64,000 nt of DNA from Octopus sinensis (taxonomy: Eukaryota), in NCBI RefSeq assembly GCF_006345805.1, contig NC_043002.1, forward strand, positions 117,304,001 to 117,368,000. The letters run 5' to 3'. Positions 1 to 12,164 of this stretch are shown in pieces. Made by a program: the position numbers and the translations under genes. The first letter of the stretch is position 1; each line of letters opens with the position of its first letter. The notes under the pieces are model-generated. The model did no database searches. It was given only the letters and a program-made list of their open reading frames with translations, and was not told where the DNA came from.

Positions 1-1157
1 TAGATGAATGGCTGGTGAGGGCTGTGCAAGCCATGTACAGAGATGCCGTAAGTAAGGTTAGGGTTGGCAACATGTACACAGAAGAATTCAAAGTAGAGGT
101 TGGGGTCCACCAGGGTTCAGTACTCAGCCCCCTCCTATTTATCATAGTCCTCCAGGCAATTACGGAGGAATTCAAGACAGGTTGCCCCTGGGAGCTCCTC
201 TATGCTGACGACCTTGCTCTAATTGCTGAGTCACTATCAGAACTGGAGGAGAAGTTCCAGGTGTGGAAGGAGGGTTTAGAATCGAGGGGCCTTAGAGTCA
301 ACCTAGCTAAAACCAAAGTACTAATAAGTAGGAAGGTAGACAATCCACAAATGTCTTCAGGAAGATGGCCCTGCTCGATCTGTAGAAAAGGTGTAGGTAG
401 AAACTCTATAAGATGTACCCAGTGTAAGCTATGGACACATAAGAGGTGCAGCAATCTCAAAGGTAGGCTAACTGGGAAGATAGTTTTTGTATGTGGCAGA
501 TGCTCGGGAGCATTGACCTCCGAAAATCTGCAGAAAACAACTTCCGTCACTTTCCAGGGGGAAAAACTAGAAGTAGTTGATAGCTTCCGTTATCTAGGTG
601 ACCAAGTCAGTAGTGGGGGTGGGTGCGCTGAAAGTGTAACTGCTAGAATAAGAATAGCCTGGGCAAAGTTTAGGGAGCTCTTATCTCTGCTGGTGACTAA
701 AGGCCTCTCGCTCAGAGTAAAAGGCAGACTGTATGATGCATGTGTACGAACAGCCATGCTACATGGCAGTGAAACATGAGCCGTGACTGCTGAGGACATG
801 CGTAAGCTCGTGAGGAATGAAGCCAGTACTCTCCGATGGATGTGTAATGTCAGTGTACATACTCGACAGAGCGTTAGTACCTTGAGAGAAATGTTGTACC
901 TAAGAAGCATCAGTTGTGGTGTGCAAGAGAGACGGCTGCGCTGGTATGGTCATGTGGCGAGAATGGATGAAGATAGGTGTGTGAGAAAGTGCCAATCCCT
1001 AGCAGTTGAGGGAACCCGTGGAAGAGGTAGACCCAGGAAAACCTGGGACGAGGTGGTGAAGCACGACCTTCAAACTTTAGGCCTCACTGAGGAAATGACC
1101 AGCGACCGAGACCTTTGGAAATATGCTGTACGTGAGAAGACCAAGCAGGACAAGTGA
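1..1157 (+). mobile_element. RTE-clade LINE: C-terminal reverse transcriptase region of the ORF, single premature stop
   Basis: ORFs 15-779 and 783-1157 are in the same frame, separated by one TGA (777-779) where GSETW is expected. RT motifs GVHQGSVLSPLLF and LLYADDLAL, FRYLG, a Cys-rich insert (CSICRK...CTQCKLWTHKRC) and a C-terminal GRPRKTW are present. Confidence 0.95.
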
Positions 1158-1662
1158 GCCCAGCCCACTTATGCATGCCTTTCCTCCCTTGGACACACAA
1201 AGACCTGTTGAGGCAAGCGAAGTCGATATCGAACCTCATCCGACGACAGGCACCCATGCCAACCCCCTTGCTTGCGCAGACATGTTGGGGCAAGCGAAAT
1301 CGAAATCGAATTGAACCAGCCAGGATTCCTGGTCTGGTGGTACGTAAAAAGCACTATCCGACTCATGGCCGATGCCAGCGCCGCCTCGACTGGCTTCCGT
1401 GCCGGTGGCACGTAAAATACACCAATCCGACCGTGGCCGTTGCCAGCCTCGCCTGGCACCTGTGCAGGTGGCACGTAAAAAGCACCCACTACACTCACGG
1501 AGTGGTTGGCGTTAGGAAGGGCATCCAGCTGTAGAAACATTGCCAGATAAGACTGGAGCCTGGTGCAGCCTTCTGGCTTCCCAGATCCCTGGTCAAACCG
1601 TCCAACCCATGCTAGCATGGAGAACGGACGTTAAACGATCATGATGATGATGATGATGATGA
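1158..1662 (+). mobile_element. 3' UTR and (GAT)n tail of the RTE LINE
   Basis: Follows the ORF stop and ends ACCCATGCTAGCATGG...GTTAAACGAT(GAT)n. The same tail recurs many times in the window. Confidence 0.85.
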
Positions 1663-1667
1663 TATAT

Positions 1668-1928
1668 ACTGGTCTGTGCAGGTGGCACATAAAAAGCACC
1701 ATCCAAGCAAGATCGTTGCTAGTGCCGCCTGACTGGCCCTCATGCCAGTGGCATGTAAGAAGCACCCACTATACTCTCAGAATAGTTGGTGTTACGAAGA
1801 GCATCCAGCTGTAGAAACCTTGCCAGATCAAACTGGAGCTTTGTTCAGCCTTCTGGCTTGCTATTCCTCAGTCAAACCATCCAGCCCATGCTAGCATGGA
1901 AAGCAGATGTTAAACGATGATGATGATG
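1668..1928 (+). mobile_element. Second, older RTE 3'-end copy in tandem
   Basis: Diverged repeat of 1460-1660, again ending in a (GAT)n tail. Confidence 0.8.
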
Positions 1929-1979
1929 TATATATATTTATATATGTATATATATATACATATACATATACATGTATAT

Positions 1980-2555
1980 ACTAGCAGCTAAGCCCGCTTT
2001 CACCTGGTCAGTTTTGATGATGTGGCTGTAAAGCCTGCTCTGTGTAAGCATTCAACTTGTTTGGACACAAATTAAAAAACAATTTTAGAATTACTTTTTT
2101 CTATAAAAATGCTAAAAAATAACTGACCAACAAACAAAAAAACAACCAAGATTCAACGAAATAAAAAAATAAACCCCAAAACTAAGCAAGCAAAGATGAA
2201 CCATACCACTTCCATTGTGCACGCGCGCACACATTCACATACCCACTCCTGTGTACATGCATAGAGTTGAAAAGCTTTTTGATTTATTTTTTCAGCGTAC
2301 AATTTTCATCATCCAGCTACCAAGTATGACATCATCCCTTTCTTCCTTATTCATCCATCACCCTTTCCTTTCTCATTCATAAACACAAGAGTATTATTAT
2401 AGTAGATTATCTCGGTAACCATGGGAGCTATGAAAAAAATACAAAGCCCAGCAACACCACTGGATCATTCTACACACCTGTGTAACTTTTTGCATAATTC
2501 CACCCAGCCATTTGACTGAATTCCAAGGCAAGAAAGAATCTGCCATGTCAAATTT
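1980..2555 (+). mobile_element. Helentron/DINE-1-like non-autonomous element
   Basis: Starts ACTAGCAGCTAAGCCCGCTTTCACC. Shares start and internal blocks (GATTATCTCGGTAACCATGGGAGCTATGAAAAAAATACAAA) with 17357-18130. Confidence 0.5.
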
Positions 2556-2565
2556 ATAAGTATAG

Positions 2566-2965
2566 GTGCAGGAGTGGCTATGTGGTAAGTAGCTTGCTAA
2601 CCAACCACATGGTTCCGGGTTCAGTCCCACTGTGTGGCATCTTGGGCAAGTGTCTTCTGCTATAGCCTCGGGCCGACCAAAGCCTTGTGAGTGGATTTGG
2701 TAGATGGAAACTGAAAGAAGCCTGTCGTATATATGTATATATATATATGTGTATGTGTGTGTATATGTTTGTGTTTGTCTCTCTAGCATTGCTTGACAAC
2801 CGATGCTGGTGTGTTTACGTCCCTGTCACTTAGTGGTTCGGCAAAAGAGACCGATAGAATAAGTACTGGGCTTACAAAGAATAAGTCCCGGGTTCAATTT
2901 GCTCGACTAAAGGTGGTGCTCCAGCATGGCCGCAGTCAAATGACTGAAACAAGTAAAAGAGAGAA
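2566..2965 (+). mobile_element. tRNA-derived SINE (octopus family A)
   Basis: Head GCAGGAGTGGCTATGTGGTAAG, B-box-like GGTTCAGTCC, internal (TA/TG)n, tail TGACTGAAACAAGTAAAAGA; multicopy in the window. Confidence 0.85.
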
Positions 2966-3074
2966 AGAGTAAAGAGTATATATGTGTGTGTGAGTGCGTG
3001 CGTGTATATATATTACTGACCACTAAATCCATAAGATTTTTTTTTATTCTCTCTCTGTTTATTTCCTCTTATTC

Positions 3075-3110
3075 CTTTCTGTTGAAGAGCGTAAGCTCGA
3101 AATGTAAAAG
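3075..3110 (+). ncRNA. Degenerate minimal type I hammerhead-like motif in a Penelope-like repeat fragment
   Basis: CTTT-CTGTTGA-A-GAGC-GTAA-GCTC-GAAA-TG-TA-AAAG. Stem I CTTT/AAAG and stem II with a GNRA loop are present; core A6 is replaced by U. Confidence 0.5.
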
Positions 3111-3715
3111 ACGTTCTCACCTTCCCGAGCATTAAACTAATACACCGGCTTGTTGTTTATACACTTGTCTTCTTTTGTTTTTCTGTAAATTTCAACTATA
3201 TATGTGTGTGCTTGTGTGTGTGTATGTATGTTTGTAAGTATGTATATAGATATATATATTTATGTGTGTGTGTATCTCTCTCCCTCCACTCAGTCACAAT
3301 TAGTGACAACTGAATTTGTCCTCTTTGGTTTTATATTGCATATAGCTGCCTTCGCTATTTTATAATTTTCACATTTGCATTTTGCTGAATCAGCCATAGA
3401 TTCATATAGTAAATATGTATATATATGCTGACAGTCAGGATTTAGTAAAACCATCCAGTGGTGAATTTGTCACTTGAGCTTATGATTTTCAAGCAAAAGT
3501 AGACTAGTATAATGATCGCGCTTGCTGTGTGGTGGTTATCTCCTCTGTCAGTATATGTGCTTTCTTGTGGCTCTAAGGGTTTTAGCTTGTATTTCTAGCA
3601 ATATATATGCTACTCGGCACCCTCAGCCACAATTTGCGACAATTTTCCTTTTTGGTTTTATATTGTGTATAGCTGCCTTCGTTATTTGATATATATATAT
3701 ATATATATTTATACA

Positions 3716-4170
3716 TATCATCATCATCATCATTTAACGTCCGTTGTCCATGCTGTCATGGGTTGGACAGTTTGACTAGGGCTGGTAAGCTGAGGGGCTG
3801 CACCAGACTCCAGTCTGATTTGGCATGGTTTCTATGGCTAGACACCCTTCCTAGCACCAACCACTCCAAGAATGTAATGGGTACTTTTACATACCACTGG
3901 CACAGGTGCTAGTTATATGACACTAGCATCAAACAGATTGCCTCCATGAGGCTCTGTGCTCAAAAAGTGCTTTTTACGCGCCACCAGCATGGGTGCTAAT
4001 TACGTGACCCTGGCATCGATCATGATTTCACTTAGCTTGATGGGTCTTCTCAGGCACAGCATATTACCAAAGGTTTCGGTCACTAGTCATTACCTTTGTG
4101 AGGCCCAAAATTCAAAGATCATGTTTTCCGACCTTGTCCTATGTCTTCCTGGGTCTACCTCTTCCACATA
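3716..4170 (-). mobile_element. RTE 3'-UTR-derived copy (antisense)
   Basis: Begins (CAT)n-TTAACGTCCG and is the reverse complement of the 1300-1660 tail. Confidence 0.8.
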
Positions 4171-4171
4171 T

Positions 4172-4872
4172 ATAGGGTGTGATGGGTAAACTGCTGCCGT
4201 TGTATACTTTTAATTTCACATATGCTCATTGTTCATTTTTGATTTTGTCGACTACACTATGGTTGAGTCAGTTGGACACCGTCTGTGAGAAAAATAGCAC
4301 CATGACACAATTCCCTCTGCCAGAAATTTGGAAATGACATGCTGTACTGCGTGGCATTCACACCGGAAGCTCCAATACAAACATTTCAGAGTGTTTGGGT
4401 GTCAATCTGAAGACAGTGTAGAAGATTGGATGAGTCTAATGGTGATTACAAATGTATGGCAGCTCAGAGAACTTACTCTGATTGTTCTGATTAAGAAAAG
4501 AACTCCTGAATTTGTTGGTGAGATCTAAGCCATGATTGACAATGACCCCTACATCTCAGTCAGGGTCCCTGCCAGGAACATGGGAGTGTCTGTTTTTATC
4601 AAGCAGGTAGTGCATGAAGACATTCAATATTCCTCATATAAGATGAGAAAGAGTCAATTCTTATTCCAAGCCATCAAGGAAGCTTTTGAAGAAACTCAAG
4701 CATCCGTTCCAACCAAACATGCTTTGGTTTTTTTCAGATGAGAAAAATTTCTGCCAGGATCAGATGGTGAACACACAGAACAACCGTTGGCTTGCTGTGT
4801 CCTCAAAACATGTACTGAGAGAGATAAAAATCAAACATCCAGTCAACATCATGGTGTTTGGAGTGATCACTA
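4172..4872 (+). mobile_element. Tc1/mariner (maT, DD37D-like) transposon relic, internally deleted
   Basis: TA-GGGTGTGATGGGTAAA left end. Translations MTQFPLPEIW, VHEDIQYSSYKMRKSQF and FSDEKNFCQD...HPVNIMVFGVITS. Same family as 40432-41275. Confidence 0.8.
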
Positions 4873-5189
4873 GTTTTCTAGGCTTGCATGGGTTTGATGG
4901 AGCTGGTTGAGGCAGATCTTCTGTCACCAGCTCTCATCTCTATATTCAAGCAAAGTAATATTTCCTCACAATATGACATTTTTTTATGCATGTTTGGAAA
5001 CAAACAACACCATTTACATGAGGGTGAGGCTCATTTACAATCATTGCACAATGGTCAAGACAAGGAGACACAAGCGCACACTCACATACACCAACATACA
5101 CATGTACGTACAGAGACAAACATACATTCATTCATTCATAAATGCATACAACCATACATACATATATGTGTATTCTTTTTTACTCTCTT

Positions 5190-5458
5190 TTACTTGTTTG
5201 ACTATGGCCATGCTGGAGCACTGCCTTTAGTCGAGCAAATTGACCCCAGGACGTAAACACACCAGCATCAATTGTCACGTGATGTTGGACACACACACGA
5301 TGGGCTTCTTTCAGTTTCCATCTGCCAAATCCACTCACAAGTGTTTGATCAGCCCGAAGCTATAGTAGAAGACACTTGCCCAAGGTGCCATGCAGTGGGA
5401 CCGAACCCAGAACCACGTGGTTGGTAAGCAAGCTACTTACCACACAGCCACTCCTGCG

Positions 5459-5460
<2 letters not shown>
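5190..5460 (-). mobile_element. tRNA-derived SINE family A
   Basis: Reverse complement of the SINE head and body. Confidence 0.8.
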
Positions 5461-5505
<45 letters not shown>

Positions 5506-5506
<1 letters not shown>

Positions 5507-5866
5507 AATAAACAAGGGTACAAATTAGTACCAGCAATTGCTAGAAATAAGAGTCAAAAACGACTCGAATAGCCACGAAAAGCACTAACCTCATGAATTT
5601 ACAAAAAGCAAGGGAGCAAGCTAAAGCACCTTTCTACGGTGTGATAATCTCACAAAATGAAATAAACAGATATATCCTTATCACATGATTTCAAACTCTG
5701 ATCATTATAATCTTAGTGGTCATCAGAGGATCTTGCTGATAAAAAGGGGTTGCCTCATGCAACTCATGAGAAAAACCATTGAAAGTTAATGTTTTGTGTG
5801 GCTTTTTGAGTAATTTTTTGACTCTTATTTCTTGCAATTGCCAATACTAATTTGTACCCTTGTTTA
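5506..5866. repeat. Inverted repeat (~85 bp arms, ~200 bp spacer)
   Basis: TAAACAAGGGTACAAATTAGTA...AGAGTCAAAAA versus TTTTTGACTCT...TACTAATTTGTACCCTTGTTTA. Confidence 0.75.
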
Positions 5867-6249
5867 ATTTAGGTTTTGATTGCTTTAGGTTTTCATTGTT
5901 AATGGGCCACCTATATTATAATATATTTAACATATTGTAGTATCTTATTGTATTTTATTAGACCGTTTTGAATTAGCGCTCACTTTCAACAGTTTTTGTC
6001 ATGAGTTGTTTGAGGTGAGCTGCCCCTTTATATATATATTAGTTCTGGTCACTTTACATCCTGATACTCAGAGTTTCAGGCAAAAATTGCCGGAAGGGAG
6101 TACTCTGTGTGTGTGCTTGCATGTCCATGTGTGTGTATGTTTGTGTGTGTGTGCACATTTGTCTACAATGCCAAAAAGTATTGTCATCAAAATAAATTCA
6201 ATATCCAGTAAGCCATGCCAAATCCCCAGCTTCCAAACTGGCAAATGGG

Positions 6250-8735
6250 GCTCTGGTTACCTGTATGGAGAGCAGCATAACAGGTGTGAAACCTTGGTGG
6301 AAGAACTATGAACCTAGTCAATAGTAAGGTGCACAAGATTGCTGGGTAGAGAAATCCAAAACAGATCAATAGCCAGGATCAACCAATTCAGTCAGAGAAA
6401 TACTATGATCGTCAATAGACATGGCTCACACTGATGGTTATGCTAAGCTATCAAAAGACTAGTCATGACTATAGATCATTCCAGAAACTCATACTGCATT
6501 GATTGTCGCATAGATTACCAAGGGTCATAACCAGGGGCATTGGTTCTGGCACAAGTCAGTTACAGAACCAAAATCGAAATTTGCCAGATGCAAGCATCCT
6601 GTTAAAGTATCAACTTTCAATGTAAGAACTTTGAAATCTATGTCTCAAATATCAGAATTTGCTGCATCAGCTATGAACTTTCATATTGACATCTTGTGTG
6701 TACAGAAACACCGTCTCCTCCATGATGGTTACATGAACTCAATAACAACTGGACTTTTGTGTCTGTATCTGCATGGAAAAATTCTATTAATAGCACCATT
6801 AGCACTGTAGGATTATTATTCAGCCCACATACCCTGAAATCACTAAACAACATTGAGAAAATAACATCTAGAATAATAGATGCCAATTTCAACGGTAACC
6901 CTTCTACTACTGTCACATGCTGGTACAGTCCAACAAATGTCAGCAATGAACAAAAGGTCATAAATTTTTTCAATGATTTATCTTCTCTTGTATGATCTAT
7001 ACCAAAACAACATCCTCATCATTAGCAGAGATATGAGTGTGCAATTAGGCCATGACAGTCCCTATCATAAGTACTTGTTCTATCAAGCCTCAAACTGAAA
7101 TGGTGAAGAGTTAGAGCACTTCTTGGTAGAAAATAAACTTCAATGCCTGAACACTTATTTTCTGAAGAGACCGGGAATGAAGTGGACCCATACTACCCCA
7201 AATGGATTCAAAGCTCAGCTAGACTATCTTATCATGAACAAAAAATGGATTAACAACTGCCACAACTGTGAAGCATACAACACTTTTTTATACCGTGTAT
7301 CATCTGACCATTGAGTGGTAACATTTAAGCTTCAGGTAAGCCTCTGAGCAAACAAGATAAAAGCAACCTCAAGACTAGAAGATCTTGAAGTCATACTAAG
7401 GAAGACCAAAAATCAAAAGGCTGCAGGATTGGATATCCTCCCTGAAGTCAATTTTCTTAGGAAAAATCAAAATGGATTTAAGAAGAGCTGCTCTACATTT
7501 GGTCAAATTCTCACAGTTAGGAGGATGTTAGGAGTACAAGCCAAAAATTTTAATGCAGTTCTGCTCTTTGTTGATTCCTCCAAGGCCTTTGACTCTGTTC
7601 ACAGGAATAAGATGGTGGAAATCCTTAGGGCATATAGAATCAATAGAAGCAATAAAGGCAGTAATGATGCTGTATAAAAACACCCGAGCAAAAGTGCAGT
7701 CAGCAGATGGAGATCTGACTTCTTTGATGTTTGTGCAGGAGTACTGCAGGGTGATACACTACTCCTTACTTGTTCATCCTGTGTCTCAATTATGTATTGC
7801 GTACCTCAATAGATCAACACAAAGATCTGGGTTTTACTTTACAGAAGTCTAGAAACAGAAGATATCCCGCCACCTACCTGACTGACACTGATTATGCTGA
7901 TGCTATAGCACTCTTCGCAGACAACACAAAAGATGCTGTATGTTAATGCCATCTCCTGGAAATTGCTGCTGCTAACATAGGACTATATGTGAATGAAAAG
8001 AAGACAGAGTTTATCACCCTGAACATCATCATCATCATCATCGTTTAACGTCCACTTTCCATGCTAGCATGGGTTGGACGTATGACTGAGGGCTGGTGAA
8101 CCAGATGGCTGCACCAGGCTTCAATCTTGATCTGGCAGAGTTTCTACAGCTGGATGCCCTTCCTAACGTCAACCACTCCATGAGTGTAGTGGGTGCTTTT
8201 ACGTGCCAACATAACAGGTGAAATCAGGACCATCAAACAGAAGCCCTTGAAAAATGTCAATATACCTAGGCAGGAATATCATTTCCTCTGAAAAAGATAT
8301 TAAATTTTGCATTGCTAAGACTTGGGCAGCTATAGATGTTCTTAGAACAATATGGAAGTCAACCCTGTCAGATAAATTGAAGAGACAGTTCTTCAGAGCA
8401 GTTGTTGAATCTGTACTTGTATATGGATCTCTGACTTGGACTCTCATCAAGAGTTATATGGGAATGTACCAACTTTCTCATCAACTATCCAAGAGTGGAG
8501 ATTGAGGTTTTCTAGCCACTGCTGGAGAAGTAAGGAGGAACTTGTGAGTAACATGTTGCTGTAGACACCAAATCATGGTACCACAGTGGCTGGAAGACCA
8601 TGGAAGACATATGTACATCAGCTTACAGAAGATGTTGGATGCCAAGTTGAAGACCAAGAAACACTAACGGAAGATCAGGAGGGATGGAGAGAGGTAGTCA
8701 AGCTGGCCCAGGCAATCAGTCTTACTGGATGATAC
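6250..8735 (+). mobile_element. Decayed RTE-X-like LINE (APE endonuclease and RT fragments)
   Basis: Fragments NVRTL...IDILCVQKH, NGFKAQLDYL, NQNGF...GQILTVRR, LLFVDSSKAFDSVHR, TDTDYADAIAL and FFRAVVESVLVYGSLTWTL; many stops and frameshifts. Confidence 0.85.
8026..8212 (-). mobile_element. RTE 3'-tail copy inserted into the RTE-X relic
   Basis: (CAT)n-GTTTAACGTCCACTTTCCATGCTAGCATGGG interrupts the RT C-terminal frame. Confidence 0.8.
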
Positions 8736-8902
8736 CTTGAGAGATGATTGAAACATTGGGAAACTCCAAGTAATAATGATCTTAAACTGTGGTTTTCAAC
8801 TATTTTTTGCCTACGAATCCCTTTGATTCCTATTTTACTCAACTGGGTCTCCATAGCTATTTGATGTAAATAAAAAAAATCCTTCAGTGTTTTTAGAATG
8901 AA

Positions 8903-9235
8903 GGAGGCATATGGCTCAGTGGTTGGAGCATCAAGCTCACAAACCCCAGAGTGGGCTGTGCATTGTGTTCTTGAGCAAGAGAACTTTAGTTCACTTTGCT
9001 CCAGTTCCGTCATCTGTAGAAATGAGTTGTGAGGTCACGAGTGCCAAGCTGTATCAGCCTTTGCCTCTCCATTGGTTAACAGCAGTGATGTGGAGAGTGG
9101 AGGCTGGTATGCATGGGCGCCTACTGGTCTTCCATGAACAATCTTGCCCAGACTTGTGCCTCAGAGGGTAACTTTCTAGGTGCAATCCCATGGTCATTTA
9201 TGGGTGAAGGGGTTTTTACCTTTTACCATTTTAAA
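8903..9235 (+). mobile_element. tRNA-derived SINE family B
   Basis: Head GGCATATGGCTCAGTGGTT; body CTTGAGCAAG...GAAATGAGTTG...GTGCCAAGCTGTATC. An inverted copy lies at 21955-22290. Confidence 0.75.
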
Positions 9236-9305
9236 AATTAGGAATCATATTTAAAAAATGATAAAATATTTTGTGTATTGTAGAAGTACAAGCAATTTAT
9301 TGCAC

Positions 9306-10986
9306 ACTAGCAGTATCGCCCGGCGTTGCTCGGGTTTGTTTCGACCCGCTGGAATTGTAATTTTGAAAAGTAAAAATTTTGTGAACATTTTTCTGGTCGA
9401 AATACACCGAAAAGTGGCGACACAGCAGTGAAAAAATCGTAAAAAATAGGGATTTTCATAGAAAAAAGCATCTTTTTGATGTAAATAATTTTTGGTGTTA
9501 ACATGGTCCGATTTGAATTTTATGTTCTACGGAAGGAAGAGCAACCCTTCTTCTACCATACTCTCAATTTTGGTCAACTTGCGCCGCAGGGTCTCGGAGG
9601 AGATAGTGTTAGTTGAAGGTTACCATTCTAGGTGCCTGAGTAACAACCTCGCGGATTTACAGATAAATGAATTAATTACTATTTTACAGAATAAAATTAA
9701 ATAATTCTTGAAAATTAATTAATATCAATATTTTTTGAACAAAGTAAATAATTTTTAAAACTTGAATAATAATTTTTTTTACACAAACGCGAACGGGGAA
9801 AAGGGGGTGGCGAATTCGATTTACATACCTAAATTTTTTCTTTTGCATGACATTGTAGCAAAATAGTAGTGAATTATATAAATACCAGCAGTACATTTTT
9901 TTTTCTGGGGTATTTTTTTTCAACCTCGTCACATATTTGCCCCTTTCAATCTAAACAAAGTCTTAATTAAGCAATTACGGCAGCTTAGCAATGGTTTCAA
10001 TACAGGCGTGACATCTGTATCTCAATTGTTCAAAACCCTTCGAATTTTTTCGCACGTGATGATATCATAGTGAAAACTTTCAATTACGCGCGCTTAGAAG
10101 TACGCTCGCAAATTAATACTACCAAAATTTTGAAGTTCGCGCTCCGCTTGTGTGTGTGTGTGTGCGTGCTTTAGGTGTACGTAGGTATGTGTTTTTGTGT
10201 GTGTGTGTCACTGAAGCCATACATACATATATACATACATAACCTCTCTCTCTCTTTTCTCTCTCAGTCACTCACTACAAAAAGTGAATAAAAAAAGTTC
10301 AGTTATTTCTGTCTTTCACTCTGTCTGTCTCTTTACACACACTAACAAAAGCACTTCACTTACACACCACACTTTCTGTGTCGCACAACCCATCAAACAC
10401 ACACACACACACACACACACTCACGCACGCACACATGTACATCAATGCTTTCGGAGTGAAATGTTAAAATATTGAGTTTTCTCGAATTTTGTCTTAATTG
10501 GGGGTGAAATTGAAAGAAATATATTATGGCATGACCGAATGGAGTACTTTGAAAAATCTTAGGTAAACTCTAATTGAAGAAATTGTGTGAGGAGTAAATC
10601 GTTATGTATTTATTTGTTTCTGTTTGCTGTGTTTTTTTATTTTTTGAGTAGTGGTTTAAATACTTTCAGTTTAGTCTTCCTCAAATCACTCTGTTGCTAT
10701 TTACTCTCTTCCAATTACTTTCATTTTATTCGTTGCACACTGTGTGTGTGCGTGTGCGTGTGGTGTAAACCACATTAAGAAAAGCATTTGACATACACAC
10801 CAGAATGTGAGTTTTCTGTAAATTTTGCTTAATTGGAGTTTAAATTTTAAAAACTGGACCTGGCATGACTCGATGCATTCTACTCTTAAAAATGCTAGGT
10901 AAATTGTAATTGAAGAAATCCTATATTGTAGATTTCTATAACTGACAAAGGGAGGCAGATAAAATCTGCCTTTTATAATAAGAGAT
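9306..10986 (+). mobile_element. Helentron/DINE-like composite element
   Basis: 5' ACTAGCAGTATCGCCCGGCGTTGCTCGGG subterminal hairpin, internal microsatellites, 3' hairpin GGCAGAT-AAA-ATCTGCC followed by TTTTATAATAAGAGAT. Confidence 0.55.
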
Positions 10987-11287
10987 AAATTTTAACAACA
11001 AAATTTTATGTGGACCCCAGTCTAGGACCACTGCCCTAAAATCATCACATCTAATATATATCGAATAAATATACCAGGTTTTGTTTATTTTGTTTGTAAA
11101 GTTAGTTTACAAGCAATGGTTTACAAGAAATACTGACAAATACTACATCACAAATAGGTGTGGTTATATGTGTGTGTATGTATGCGTATATGTGTGTGTG
11201 TACATGTGTGTGTGTACATGTGTGTGTGTGTGTGAGTGTGTCTAAATTCATGTTTCTTTTGTTTTGTATGATTATTGTCTTTCGTAG

Positions 11288-11337
11288 TTTATGAAGTGTG
11301 TGACATTTGATACTTGTCAAGAAGTTAATACAACTAT
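11288..11337 (+). CDS. Candidate exon of unidentified gene (FMKCVTFDTCQEVNTT)
   Basis: ctttcgtag|...AT|gtatgc; phase 0 to 2; matches the phase of the next candidate. Confidence 0.25.
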
Positions 11338-11425
11338 GTATGCATTTACATAGTTGCATATCACACAACAGGAAAGATATCAAATATCATTCATTTACAT
11401 TTTCTGTTCATATCTCACTTCATAG

Positions 11426-11457
11426 TTTGTCATTTAGATCATTTAGATTCATCATAG
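11426..11457 (+). CDS. Candidate micro-exon (LSFRSFRFII)
   Basis: ctcacttcatag|...G|gtaaac; only the phase-2 frame is open. Confidence 0.25.
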
Positions 11458-11738
11458 GTAAACAATATATATTTAATTTTGAAGTTTCTGCTCATGTACA
11501 AACTGTTAATTTTGAAATAATAACACAAGATGATTAGAAAACCGTTTCTAACGATTAAATGTACTATAGTCTAAACAACATAACATTTTCTCTTGAAAAG
11601 CAAAATGATTTATAAATTTTTAAACATGAGTGAATCACAAGTACGAAAGAAGAGAAAGTGAGAGAGAAGTCTGTGAGCAGGAGAGAGAGAGAAGTATGAA
11701 AGTCAGACAGTGAGAGGGGAGTGTGTTTAGAGGTAAAC

Positions 11739-11741
<3 letters not shown>

Positions 11742-11802
<61 letters not shown>
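11742..11802. repeat. (GA)n microsatellite
   Basis: Perfect GA run. Confidence 0.95.
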
Positions 11803-11806
<4 letters not shown>

Positions 11807-11863
11807 TTTTAAGTAATTCAAAATTGGTTATGCAATTTTGTTAATTTAGCTTAAACATTCTAG

Positions 11864-11891
11864 TAAGAACTGTAAAATGATTTCTCTTCCG
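11864..11891 (+). CDS. Candidate micro-exon (KNCKMISLP)
   Basis: ttctag|...CCG|gtaatg; ends in phase 0, matching 12083. Confidence 0.25.
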
Positions 11892-12082
11892 GTAATGACT
11901 GAGAAAATGAAATGAAAATATGTTGGATAGCATTGAAATATTCTCTAGTGTATATGAACACAGTTGTGATTATTATTAAATGTGGTTTAATAATTAGAGT
12001 AAAATGTTTGAAAAAAAACATGAAAAGTAAACCAAGAAAAACAAAAAAATTTGAACAAAAACTGCCTAAATTATCATTATAG

Positions 12083-12164
12083 AGTCGGTTTCCAGAATGG
12101 TTCTTAGTTGGCCACAGTAATGTTACTAGCAATGTTACTAGTTATGATATACAGAACATAGACG
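12083..12164 (+). CDS. Candidate exon (SRFPEWFLVGHSNVTSNVTSYDIQNID)
   Basis: ttatcattatag| acceptor, open frame with two NVT sequons, weak donor G|gtggaa. Confidence 0.35.

Noticed and set aside
1123-1618. Overlapping ORFs of 63-149 aa
   Set aside because: They lie in the RTE 3' UTR and arise from its higher GC content.
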